From assembly GCF_037042905.1 (NCBI RefSeq), contig NC_087246.1, forward strand, positions 33,914,001 through 33,978,000: a stretch of 64,000 nt of DNA. Reading direction: 5' to 3'. How positions within the stretch are numbered: position 1 is the stretch's first letter; every line of letters starts with the position of its first letter. Position numbers and translations under genes: made by a program. The notes under the pieces were generated by a model. The model worked only from the letters and a program-made list of their open reading frames with translations. It did no database searches and had not been told where the DNA came from. Below are positions 24,689 through 38,389 of this stretch, piece by piece. The DNA comes from Lytechinus pictus (Eukaryota).

Positions 24689-27600
24689 TACAAATAAGGC
24701 AAATCTGCAGTGAAGAAAAGAAAACACAGGTAGTTGTAATCAATAGATACAGGTTAACCGTTAGTCCTTATGAGCTTAATCTTTATATCTATTTGGCATC
24801 ACCCTTTTCCTAGCAGGGTTTCTCCTTCCTGGATTAGACAATTTTTCAGTTCAGGACCAGTGTAGGCTTTCAAGCAGTCAATGTGAATTTACTTTGGGCT
24901 TTAATGCAGGCTGCTGATTGCTGTATGCGGTACACAACATCTGACAATCTATCAATAAACATATATGGGCCACTTCATTTATACTGTACATCAACTTTGG
25001 ACACACCCTTCTTCTGCGCTGTACTCCATGCAGCCAAACCCAATCACCCTCAGCAAATCTTCTTGGGAAAGTATTATGATCATAAGATACATGTATAGCC
25101 TGCTTTTCAGCAGCTTACTCAAGTTTCTCTCTAGCCATTTCATGTGCATCTCTAATTCTATCTCGAAGTTGCTCGGAATAATCCGTTTCTCTCTTTCTTC
25201 CTGTCCTCCTGTACCTCATCTTTCTTCTTTTCCTTCCTGTCCTCCTCTCCTTCATGCTTTCTTTCCTTCCTGTCATCTTTATCTTCCTTCCTTTCCTTGC
25301 TCTCCCTTTCTGTCTTCTTTTCTTCCTCCCACTTGTCCCTTCTCTCTCCTTCACGCTTCCTCAGATGTCCCGTCGTCGCTGCAGTGTAGTTTATATACTT
25401 CGCCTCTTGTTTCCTACTATTGTGCATCCTCCCAAAATGCCTGGTCATCTCCGACCTCCCCTCTGTCTCATATGAGCAATACGTGCATCCGAGGGTCATG
25501 GTGGCCTCGTGCTCCTGCATGTGCTGCTGGTACTTGTACCCCTTGATACTCTTTTTACAAATGTGACAGTACAAATAAGGCATCTGCAGTGAAGAAAAGA
25601 AAACACAGGTAGTTGTCATAAGTGCTTGTTAATCGTCAGACCTTATGAGCTTGATCTTTGTATCTTTTTGGCATCACCTGTTTCCTAGCAGGGTTTCTCC
25701 TTCCTGGATTAGACATCAACCAAATTTTCAGTTCAGGACCAGTGTAGGCTTTCAAGCAGTCAATGTGAATCACTTTGGGCTTTAATACAGGCTGCTGATT
25801 GCTGTATGCAGTACACAACATCTGACAATAACCACTATCAATAACCATATATGGGCCACTCCATTTATACCGTACATCAACTTTGGACACACCCTTCTTC
25901 TGCGCTGTACTCCATGCAGCCAAACCCAATCACTCTCAGCAAATCTTCTTTGGGAAAGTATTATGTCATAAGATTTAGCCTGCTTTTCAGCAGCTAACTC
26001 CAGTTTCTCTCTAGCCATTTCATGTGCATCTCTAATTCTATCTCGAAGTTGCACGGAATAATCCGTTTCTCTCTTTCTTCTTGTCCTTCTCCTCTACCTC
26101 TTTCTTCTTTTCCTTCCTGTCCTCTCCATGCTTTCTTTCCTTCCTGTCCTCTCCTTCATGCTTTCTTTCCTTCCTGTCATCTTTATCTTCCTTCCTTTCC
26201 TTGCTCTCCCTTTCTGTCTTCTTTTCTTCCTCCCACTTGTCCCTTCTCTCTCCTTCACGCTTCCTCAGATGTCCCGTCGTCGCCGCAGTGTAGTTTATAT
26301 ACTTCGCCTCTTGTTTTCTACTATTGTGCATTCTCCCGAAATGCCTGGTCATCTCCGACCTCCCCTCTGTCTCATATGAGCAATACGTGCATCTGAGGGT
26401 CATGGTGGCCTCGTGCTCCTGCATGTGTTGCTGGTACTTGTACCCCTTGATACTCTTTTTACAAATGTGACAGTACAAATAAGACATCTGCAGTGAAGAA
26501 AAGAAAACACAGGTAGTTGTAATAAGTGCAGGTTAACCGTTAGACCTTATGAGCTTGATCTTTGTATCTTTTTGGCATCACCCTTTTCCTAGCAGGGTTT
26601 CTCCTTCCTGGATTAGACATCAACCAATTTTTCAGTTCAGGACCAGTGTAGGCTTTCAAGCGGTCAATGTGAATCACTTTGGGCTTACACGTAGCTGATT
26701 GCTGTATGCGGTACATAACATCTGACTATCTATCAATAAACATATATGGCCCACTCCATTTATACCGTCCATCAACTTTGGACACACCCTTCTTCTGCGC
26801 TGTACTCCATGCAGCCAAACCCAATCACCCACAGCAAATCTTCTTGGGAAAGTATTACGATCATAAGATATAGCCTGCTTTTCAGCAGCTAACTCAAGTT
26901 TCTCTCTAGCCATTTCATGTGCATCTCTAATTCTATCTCGAAGTTGCTCGGAATAATCCATTTCTCTCTTTCTTCCTGTCCTCCTGTACCTCATCTTTCT
27001 TCTTTTCCTTCCTGTCCATTCCTTCACGCTTTCTTTCCTTCCTGTCATCTTTATCTTCCTTCCTTTCCTTGCTCTCCCTTTCTGTCTTCTTTTCTTCCTC
27101 CCACTTGTCCCTTCTCTCTCCTTCACGCTTCCTCAGATGTCCCGTCGTCGCTGCAGTGTAGTTTATATACTTTGCCTCTTGTTTTCTACTATTGTGCATC
27201 CTCCCAAAATGCCTGGTCATCTCCGACCTCCCCTCTGTCTCATATGAGCAATACGTGCATCTGAGGGTCATGGTGGCCTCGTGCTCCTGCATGTGCTGCT
27301 GGTACTTGTACCCCTTGATACTCTTTTTACAAATGTGACAGTACAAATAAGACATTTGCAGTGAAGAAAAGAAAACACAGGTAGTTGTAATAAATAGATG
27401 CAGGTTAACCGTTAGTCCTTATGAGCTTAATCTTTATATCTATTTGGCATCACCCTTTTCCTAGCAGGGTTTCTCCTTCCTTGATTAGACATCAACCAAT
27501 TTTTCAGTTTAGGACCAGTGTAGGCTTTCAAGCGGTCAATGTGAATCACTTTGGGCTTACACCAGGGGTGTGAGGGTTCAGATTTTTTTTTTCAGCCTTT

Positions 27601-27813
27601 TTTTGGCCTTCCTCTGTACAAAAAGTATGGGAGCTCTTTCTATTTCAGACTCTTTCAACACTTCAGCTTTTTTCAGATCTTTTTATTTGTAACCACTCAC
27701 ACCCCTGGCTTACACGTATCTGATTGCTTTTTGCGGTACACAACATCTGACAATCTTTCAATAACCATATATGGGCCACTCCATTTATACCGTCCATCAA
27801 CTTTGGACACAAC
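24689..27813 (-). repeat. Tandem array, segment 2 (integrase tail + C2H2 units)
   Basis: Zinc-finger ORF starts at 25583, 26487 and 27355. ORF 25636-25929 shows WSGPY..VIHID.LKAY..RRNPARK..PKRYKD. Confidence 0.9.
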
Positions 27814-27969
27814 TAATGTTGTAAATCGGACCAATAATTGGATCGAAAATCGAATCGGTAGTTAAGCTTCAAAAATCGAAATCGAATCGAAAATCGAATC
27901 GGCGAAATGAAAAAACAAAGGAATACATTAAAATCTGCTGGCGGTCGTGCGCGCATCACAAAATGTTGA

Positions 27970-29280
27970 CAAAATCGGCCGCGATCACTGCAGTCAACGG
28001 CGATATTCGTTAGCGGATGAGTGGATGAAGTTTTGGGGTGGAAATGTAAAAAGTAATAACAAACAAAATATTTACAAAATCGGCCGCGATCATACAGCTA
28101 GCAGCGATACTCGTTAACGGATGGGTGGCTGATGTTTCGAGGTGGAATTAAAGATCGTAAATGTCGGCATTGATTCATGATGTGAAAAAATATCATTTTA
28201 CTGTCTTCCGTAAATTTGTGAGTCGCGCTTGGTATTGGGGCGCCCCTGCGTGATGGTGATATTAAATGATATTCTCAATATTGTTGAAGATTTATGTGAA
28301 GGTGGAGACATTTTTTTGTGTTTTGTTGATATGATATGAATTGATATTGATGTGAAATGATATTTTCATGACGATATATTGTTACGAGTCACGCTTGTAC
28401 TGGCGTGATACAACAGATTAATAATGATTTTTGAATTGTGGCAGACTCTGTAACTAATCTGCATTTGGTGTGGAGAGTAATCATATCGATATGATTCACG
28501 AATCACGATGTGAAAACAATATATTTTTATGGATAGTTACGGGCCATGTTTGTTCTTGGTGATATCGTGGTACAACTCTCGAAATTGTTGAAGATTCCTA
28601 ACAATCTCTGAAAATTTTTAGGTGGAAAGCAATCATATCGATATGATTTACGATGTGAAATCGATGTACAACTTATAATTAGAAATACACTTATCTTCTG
28701 AAAAATATACGATTATGCATCACGCATCATGGCGTGATGTGGTGGTATATAATGATAAATCTTAATATTCTAGAAATTTGCCTAAAGGCATTTGAGGTGA
28801 AAAGTAATTATATTGTAATGATTTATGATGTGATATCATGTTGTGTTTTTCATGAACAAAGCCTCAGCGTGATACAATAATATAAAATAATCTTTAAAAA
28901 TAGTTGAAGATTCGCAACATCTCAAAAGACATTTGATATTTGGTATTCATATGATCGTTATAATTACCTTCCGAAAAATATAGGCCTACTAGTACTAGTC
29001 ACGCTTGCTTGGGCCGCCCTGGCGTTACATGGTTGGATCATTGGATGGAAATATTGATCTAAAAATTGTTGAAGATTGTAACATCTCTAAAACATTTTAT
29101 GTGGAAAGTAATCATATCGCTATGATATACGATGTCAATCATTTCTTCATTTTAATTATCTTCATGAATATGAAGTACATGTAGTCGCGCTTTGTTCTTG
29201 GAGCGCCCCGGCGTATATAGAATAATATATCATACAATTTTTGAAGATTCAAAGACACTGTCATATTGATGTGCTTTACT
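27970..29280. repeat. Degenerate ~150-170-bp tandem repeats in the hAT subterminal region
   Basis: Recurring GTCGCGCTTG..GGCGTGAT..TTGTTGAAGAT..GTGGAAAGTAATCATATCGATATGATT motifs. Confidence 0.6.
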
Positions 29281-31584
29281 TTAAGATATTATGATGAGCC
29301 AGCCAAAAATCACTCACGTTTGTTCATCGTGAAGCACTGGTATGCTTAGAATAGTAATTGCAAATGTAGAATAAAAAATCAAGAGCGGCTGCAAATAGTG
29401 ACTATAGTTGATAAATGGATTGAGATAAATCCGTAAGTATTTGAAGCTTACATACATGTACATGATTAATGATTTCAATATTTTTTTCAGATCATTTAAG
29501 ATTTGAAAATCAAATTGATTGGTGGTTTTGATCACTAATCAATACAGCAAGCCGCTATGAATTTCGATAATTCATTTAATTAAGAGTGAACCACCTAAAT
29601 AAAAAAAATTGGTCTCCAGATACCTAAGGCAATTCCTCATGGAACGGCCGCGAATTTATTGCAAACAATTCATTTCATATCATATTAGTTTTTATCGAAA
29701 GGTTAGTCTGTTTTAGTGTTTATTTTCCGATGAATATGTATTTTAGTCTTTTTAGAAGATGTTTTTATTTTTAGTTAATTTATTCTGGCCGTGGATCTGT
29801 AAAATTAGTGAAAATCTGTCAGATTTTGAGTGGTAACCCCCCCCCCCCCACCCCACCATACGAAACAGGTTCGTACCTAACTTTCGAAATTATGCTAAGA
29901 GGTCATAATAATGCCTGAAAGGGGGAAAACTACAGTATAGCTGGCGAATGAAAGGAATCATGTCAATCAAGTGAAAGCGAAACGAAACAAATGTGTTTGT
30001 TTTGGGTTGTTACAGTTCTTATCTTAATCCACTTAAGATAAAGTTCTCATATCACCACTCTCTTGCCTCTTGGGCATGATTACCAAAATTATCTAACCGC
30101 AGTCTGAGATAATTTCAAACACCACGCGAGTGTCACCCTTTTATTTGGGTGTTTGGAGGTCGACCGGCCAGCATTATCATAAATCTTGGAGTCATGTCAC
30201 GTGCGAAAAACACGTGGCACGGTGGCAAGGGGCAGTTGTTTACATACAAAAAGGGAGAGTGAAGACTTGCAGAGCTGGACGAGGGAAGCTGAGCGGAGGA
30301 AATAAGCAGATCAGCTAGCGAATATATTTGCCGGAATCAGATGTTCTCTCAAACTACTTGTACCAAAACTCTGTCATGTCTGTGATGTAAATTAAAAAGA
30401 TAACTGCGATAATAGTCACTGCACTGCTCGCTCTACTTTGCTTTTCAATGGAAAATTAAAATAGATTTTATTTGCGTGGAGTAAATGTTTTTAGGTACAT
30501 GCACTCTTTTCAAGAAAAAAATCCACCGTTCTAACTTATAGATATATTTATTAATAACGATTTCATTAAAAGCTTACATATAACTTAAGATACCATACCT
30601 TCACTGTTAAGTTTCGCTCTTCCGTTCATATACACTCATTCTTCATGTCACCCACCCCACCATTTTTTCCTTGTTCACACTCCTTTTCTCTGCGTACCCC
30701 CCCCCCCCCCCGCGGCCTCTTCTCTTTTTCTTTCGCTTTCCCCCTCTTTCGCCATGTTCGCCATTTAACTTACAAATCAATCACTCACTAGAGATGATAA
30801 TGATAATGACAAGGAAAGAAAAATAGCAGAGGGCTGCTTGAGAATAAATGGATGTATTACAGAATGAAGCAATGATGATATCAATTTCAAAGAAGGATTG
30901 CTATAAAAACTTTTTGTTGTTGTTGGTACATCAACGAATTTACTTCTATCCACTAATCACATTTTATAAAAATTTTCTTAGGCATAGGTGAAACAAAAAA
31001 TGTTTAGCCTAGATGAGTCCATATAGCACATTCCTTCGTGACGTCGTTTTGTTATTTGTGATCAGATTCTAATGAGATTTTCAGTGTTCTGCTCGGTGAA
31101 CTTTAGTCTATTTATTTTAAAATAAATTATTTTCAGCCCGGAGTACTCTTTTACAAGCAAATCCTTTTTAAATCTGAAAATTTACTTGAGATGACTAAAG
31201 TCTGCATGTATTCTGTTTTAATACAACTTGGGTTGATCATGGACTAAAAATGACGATCATGGACTTACAGTGACTTTTCTACAAACTGTATCTTATTTAA
31301 GACCAAAAAGTTGCCACACTTTTATTGACCATAACATGTAACACTAACATTAAAAATGATTATTTTGACTTCAATTCTTCAACACACGTCAAAAGTAAAA
31401 CATGATTTTGTTTCATCAATTCTTTGAAATTGAAGTTGCTGTTTAACGTTATAATATTCAGCAAAACATAAATAAACAATACCGGAATAGACTGAAAGTT
31501 TTAGAAATGTAGTTCTATTATAAGAAATGGACGTAATGTATGAAATCAGAATAGATTCATATTTTCGTTTACGTTTGTTTCAAT

Positions 31585-34500
31585 TTATTGAAGATAGTGG
31601 CGATTAACCTTGATCACAGCCAACTTGTTGAGATTCCCTGATTTCATAGCACATTGCTTTTTAGTGAGAATGTTGCCAGCCAGAGAAAACATTCTCTCCG
31701 AAGACACACTTGACATCGGACAAGCGAGGTATGACATAGCTATCCGCGAAAGAATTGGAAATGACTGTCTGCTTTGTTGCCAGTATTTCAGTACTGCTTG
31801 AGTGCTCGCTGTGGTTTCCATTGCCGGTTCGTTGATGTAGCTTGTCAATTCGGCGTTGACGCGCTCCTTCACAGAAAGCATCTGAGCCCGATCGGCTGTA
31901 CCGTCGTCATCGTCGTCAGTAGCTGCAGCCACAATACTCGCCATCAGTGACGCTTGGCTCTCAACAGCAACATCGTCATCGTGTACCTCATGAGCTTCGT
32001 CATCGCTGAAATCACCCACTGGATCGTCCGGTTGAAAATCATCCCGGGGATATTGCTGTGTGTCGCTGAGATCACCTTCCTCGTTCTGCTGACCTATCTC
32101 ATCATCCTTTGCCATGAAGACAGCTGCCTCGACCAGGGACGCGATCACTCTATCAAGTCTTTCTCGTGGCACAAACTTCTTTTTGTACCTGTTGAAGATA
32201 AGCAAACACAAAAGAAAAAAAATCAATTAAAAGTTAAATTAAACAGCTGAAATATCACCTTAATAAACATGCATGATAGGTCTTAGATAGGTCATAAGAT
32301 TTTTCAACAAACAAATTAGGAATATAGCTTTAATGAATAGAACATTTAAATATGAATCCCTGTTATTTAAAAATAGGAAAACTATCATTGAGTCTTGTAA
32401 ATAGCAAACTTATTGTAATTATGTTAAAGATCATACAATATAATAATCACATTGAAATAAAATGATAAAAATGATAAACAAATCACTGCTGGTAAGTATA
32501 CTTTAAGTTCTACCACATCACGGTCTGCATTTATAGCTTTTTAAAATGTATTATTTCACAACTTTAAAAATTTAGCGAAGTATGAAGAATTTCATGAGTC
32601 AGCACAGTTCAACAAGAATTATAATGAAAACAACGGTATGTTTGGTAAATTGGTATTTTTTTCATATCATAATTGCGTGTTTGTTTCTTTGTTTTGTTTT
32701 TTTTGTAATAAAATTGATAATGAAAAGTTGAAAACTCACCGTGGGTCAAGAAGAGTTGCTGCAAAGTAGACGTGACAGTTGCCTTCTCGGAGAATTCGAT
32801 CCGCTGTTATCTTATTCAAACCATTCAGCAGCAGATCCTTGGTCGAACCAACACCTTCAGCCGGAGCGCCTGTTACCGACACCGACGGACCCTTCGATGT
32901 CGGGACGTAGGAAGATAGGGTCGATTTCTCTTGGCTGCAAATCAACGTCGCCTCATGGAATGGCCGAAGAATCTTGACCAGCTCCTCCATGGCGTCACAT
33001 ACATCAGTCCAGTAATTGAAGACGTGAGGGAGGACTATGTCGTGGTGAGATTGCATCACCCTATCTTGGATCAACGCCTCGACAGCCAAGCGTTGCGGCA
33101 AGATGGACTCAAGCATTGTTAGTACCGAATTCCATCTTGTCGGGACATCAGGATGTAGATGTAAATGCTGCCTCCTTCCTGGGTAATGAAGCCTTTGCAG
33201 TTCTTCGAACCTGCGTTTGATTGGGGTGGAGTTCAGGACTTTGGAAACCACCTTCCTGAGGATGGTAAGCCCGTCGGCGACGTTTCGTTGGGTCTTCACG
33301 GCGTGTTGAACTGTCAGGTTTAGATTATGGGCAAAACAAGAAACCCATCCGAATATCTTCCCTTCATCCGCGGCGTCGAGCAGTGCTTTTTTTACGTTTG
33401 CTCCGTTGTCAGAAACTCCGAAAATAATGACACAATCCTTTCCCCTTCCAACCTCTCCGCACCACTCGCTGAAAACTTCCTCAAGTCTTTGTCGGATGTT
33501 ATTCGCTGTGGCCGCCTCGGGAAATTCCTCGATGCTAACCAGTGCACTGCGTTGTTTCATTTCCTGCAAAATATGAAGGGGAAAATAAAATCAATATTAA
33601 GTAATATTATTCGGGTAAATATTTTTCGTCATATGAGGCAGTCAATGGGCCAACGGCTTTACACTAGCATATGATTTTCTACGTTATAAACGTCTGAAAG
33701 AAAGAGTAAAGTAAAGGTCTCAATATGTATTTCATTTAATTTCGTAAAACATTTAAGTGGTAATCTCAGCATATGTATAAAGTCGGCAGAATGACCCGAC
33801 ATTGTGGCAATGGATTTGCTGTGGTGATATCCTAGGCGGTTCGAAACTTCGAAAAAGCTTGAAAAAATAACTGAAAAGCAAGTGAACGGGGAGAACATGA
33901 AGGAGTTCAAGAATCAAGAGTATGCCTAATATCCATGGACCATTGCATTTATAATGCACAAGTTCAGAACTTAAAGTATAGATCGGACCTTTGAGTTTGA
34001 ACCACCAATCAAGGCACTTGATTTTACTGTAATAGGTAAATAACGGGGGAGAGGCGGATTGACAACGTAACTCTGCCCTTACCATGATACAATTCACTGT
34101 ACATATTTTTTGAAAATCTTATAGTAGCACATGAAATAATGATCGTGAAAGTCAGACGGCAAACAGAAGGATCTCAACAATCTGCACTATTTGAGTAGAA
34201 CAGTATTAATTCTAATTTCGCAAATTACATCTTGGAAAGACGCTATAAAATTTCATATGCATAACATCTGACTGTTAACTTCTAATTATCATGAATATTT
34301 GGAAATTAGGTATTGGGAAGTGATACAAGTACAACTTACAAGTTAATTTGGCTCTATTATCACAAATTATTTTCGAAACTTGTAAAACACGTTATTAATT
34401 GATAAATATGGAAGGTAAAACTTACGTTATTTTGCTCGTCGAACACAATCCAGTGAAGCGTGACACACATATATTCAGTGTGTTGTCCGCTCCGCCACAT

Positions 34501-35067
34501 GTCGGTTGTAAAACTGATTCCTCCCACAGTGTTTGCTAAGTCCGCCTTCAGGTTCCTCTTTACTTCGTGATACAAGCTCGGGATGACGCTCTCCGAGAAG
34601 ACAGGTCGTGATGGAATTTGATATCGGGGATCGAGTGCACGAACGAGATCTCGGAAGCCAACATTGTCCACCATATTGAATGGCCGAAGATCAACTGCCA
34701 GCATCAGTCCTATCTTTCTTGTAATTTCTATCTGCCTCGGATGGTTCCTCCCATATTCTGATTTATTGGCAGGGAGGAAAGATGCCATCGAAGTTTGTTT
34801 ACTTGCCGTGCTCGGTTGCGCTGATGAAGCCGACGACGATGTTGCCGATTCGCTAGTTACTCTTTGAGCAGGTGCCTGGGAACTACAAGGAAGCTGCAAA
34901 CACCCTCGCATATGCCTCGACATATTAGTAGTATTATAAGTGTGTTTGCTTCTTCCCCTTGAAAAAGATCGTTGGCAATGGATGCAAATTGCTTTCCCCT
35001 CATCACTCGGATCCACCCTAAAGTGTTTCCATACTTCGGACCTTTTAGTTTTGCTATTCGATTCCAT
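31585..35067 (-). CDS. hAT (Ac-like, BED zinc finger) transposase, 3 exons (34426-35067, 32740-33563, 31585-32188), 689 aa
   Basis: BED finger (SEVWKHF..CIHC..TTNMSRHM), TTDMW, SDNGANV, CFAH, TRWNS, ATLLDPR|YK, SSERMFS dimerization region. Canonical GT-AG sites with phases 0 and 2; 2070 nt with no internal stop. Confidence 0.92.
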
Positions 35068-38000
35068 GATGACAACCCTCTAAGAAAATTCTAAGAGTGA
35101 TGACCATCCATGCTTTCTTGGGATATTTATAGAGGACCAACCCTTGTATAAAACAATGATCAAACTATTCTCCAAAAGGAAGTGATTTTAGCACTGTCGG
35201 CTCCTCAGATATTTTGATTAAAATATTTACAGCAATTACTCACAAATCCCCATTACTTTCAGAGGAACCGACTATTAAGGCTTGTTTCAAAACAGAGATT
35301 AGCGAGAAAAGTTCCGAAAACTCTTTTTCCTTCCGTCATCATTAAATTTTTGTGCACAATATAACATTTGTTTCCATGTTAAGAATTAAAAAAAGATAAC
35401 CCTTCTTTGAAACGTTTGATTCTTCCGAGACCACATATTTTCTCTTCTGGAAATTGTTTTTGCAATTTTACAGAACCGCTTTCGGCTCCTTTGACTTTAA
35501 ATATATTTACACCAATTAGTCACGACTAGTATCATCGGAACCGATTTAAAAGTCGTGTCTTGTTACAAAATCTGATAAGCAAGAACAATTTCTAGAGTGC
35601 CAGAAGTGCAAAATTTTTGCTTCATTAAAGGAATAATTCCACCCCAACAAAAAAAAAACGGTATGGAGAAAGAGAGAAAATGCTGGAAATTTAAGTAAAG
35701 TCAGATTAATTTCGCAAAGCATCATATGCACACACTAGTAGTTTTACAATGAGATAAATTAATGACATCACACAGCCACTTTTTTTTTTAATCATTTTTA
35801 TATGAAATATGAATTTCTATTTATTCTCCATAAATGTAAAGGCAAAGCTTCTCCCTGAAATGTGGAATAGTCAGAAGTTAAACTTATTGGCCCGAATTCA
35901 CAAAGGTCGACTAAAGTTATACCCGGGGTATAAAACGCGTCATTTGACGTCATTTTAATCCATGGACTAAAGTTAGCACCTAGGGGCTAACTTTTGCGAT
36001 TCACAAAGGTGGACTAAAGTTATACCGGGGTATAAAACGCGTCATTTGACGTCACGATTTAGTCAGCTCTTTGGGGTGGACTAAATCGGTGGATTAAAGT
36101 TAGTCCACCGTTTTAACCAATCAGAGAGCAGCATTGTGATTGCTGAAAAGTTTGCCGTAAGAAAAAAGTTTTTTGGACGGAGACGAGATTTGGTGTGATC
36201 GGCTTATCTAAAGCTTAAAATTTCACGACTTCAACCGAGATTGTAAGTAAATCACATAATTTTTTGGAGCTTAAATCATGACGGAGCCTTCAGTTCCATC
36301 AGTAAATATTATTGATAGCTTTAACTTTCCAAAAAGTATACTCGAAAACTTGAAATGGTATCTGAATCATTGTTATCGTCGCGTCTCTAAGGTGCTCAGT
36401 CCCAGCCATGTACTTTTGTGTGCGTTCATATCTATGAGCAGTGCAGTGCAGTGCGAGACGCAATGAATTTGCGTACACTACACAGGTCACAGGCAAGGGA
36501 GGCGTGATTGAAAGGCCGATACTAGTTATGCCAGGCAGTGATTTTGAGTGATTCTCGATTTCGTGTGATTTTCATGAAATTGTTGTTGTCTACGATACCC
36601 CTGCCACTCCTCCTGGCTCTGCCAACACAATCTACTGTGCATCTAATTTTGTCTAAAGCAAGGGCAAGGCAAGGCCAGGAATGGAGGAATCCTGGCAGGA
36701 TAGCAGCAATACAAATACAGAGCCGGTATAGACATTCTACTACTCTGGGCTGGCTTTGCCTTGGCTTGGATAGATGGTCAAGCTATGAAGCTTACCTGGT
36801 AGCCATGTTAGAGTTAGTCCTACAACATCGTTGGAGTAAAAAAAAATGTATAATAAGGGTCACCTCTTAGACTAAGGCTCGTTCGTAGGATGAGTGGGCT
36901 AAGCCCTGATTCAATTATTTTTGGAAATTAAAAAAAAAAAAGATTGGGTTCCACTCACCGCTGTTTACTCCAACAGCTATAAATGAGCTGATTTTACTTT
37001 TACTAAAACTAAGTTTTACTGACCTTCGGCATCGTATTTGCGATCACTTATAGATTTACGGTGTCGTCAAAACATTAAAAAATAATGGAAATCCTAGGCC
37101 TAATTAATAATTTGAGTAGATCTAACTGAGGTCTAACTTTGAAAATTCTCTCTTTTGGGGGTTATTTTCTCTACCCCACCCTCTTTGTTTCAAGTATTTT
37201 TTTTTCACACGGTGTCCTTCCAATGTTAAATTCACATGAGACCACAGACAAGTGCATTTGATCTTTAGTCCTCTACATTTGTAGTAGACCGATAAATAGG
37301 TTTATTTCTGTCAGGGATATGCTCCCCTGAGAGTTCATGTGGCTCCGCAGCATCCCCTCCCACAAAAAAAAAATCAGAAAATGTTACAAGACTTCTCTGA
37401 AACAGCGGATTTTATCAATCTACATTTGTAGCTGCTTTATTATTATTTTTTTATATACTTTGACATTGCAGTATGATTGATGAATAAATATTTTTTTCAT
37501 TATTTTTTTTTCTTCCATATCAGCAACAGACCATACATACTCGGCAGATTGTGATCAATCAAGACAAGGCAAACATGGCTCACAATTTTGAACTGCTGTG
37601 CCGTCTTGCAAGAGAGTGAGGTATGCCTTATCAATTCATATTTAAAAAAAATTAAATGTCATTAAAATGGCCTTTTTGAATAAAATATTATTTCCGGGAT
37701 TTGAATTCATCATGTAATTGTAAATGTATCATGTGACATGTATGTTACTTTTTCATTCTTGTCATAGTAATTGACAAAAAAGAAGAGGGGGGGGGGCCTT
37801 GCTTGTGTGTTATTAACATATATATTTGTCTACTGGTCACTAGTTTTTTTTTTAAGGCTTGTTGATCTCCAATTAATCCTGACATTTTGTTGAATATTTA
37901 TTTAAAAGAGAGAAAGAAAACATTGTCAGTCTGATGAATGCCGGGGGGGGGGGGGAGTAAAAAAAAAGGTTTAATGAGACTTTGATGAAGATTCATGAAA

Positions 38001-38389
38001 ATATGTTATTCGAAAGTCACTCGCAAGCAATAACCTCTATTTGTGTAAACAAAGTTCCATAAAATTAGTGCCTTGCCTTCATTATTAAAGCCAATTGAAA
38101 GTGATTCACTTAATCAGTTTTCATAGAAGCATCTCTAAGACGTGCATGGTTTTATCAATGATGATGATCAGCAACATTTGGCAGGTTTTTTTTCTTCACT
38201 TTTACAAGTAGGTAAATAGAAAAGCTACTCATGTCAATTAGAATTTTCATCCTATGTTTTTTTAAGGATTTCTGTATAATCTTTCACATTCTGTTCCTCA
38301 TTTTAAACACTTTTGAATTAAATGAAATTCAAAGAGTAAATTGCCCGTTCATGGTGACTCTTCAACACAATCTTTCAACTTCCATGCAG

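Noticed and set aside
31585-35067. Domesticated ZBED host gene
   Set aside because: It is enclosed by TIR-like ends with a perfect 8-bp TSD inside a young array, so it is a transposon; no gene symbol assigned.
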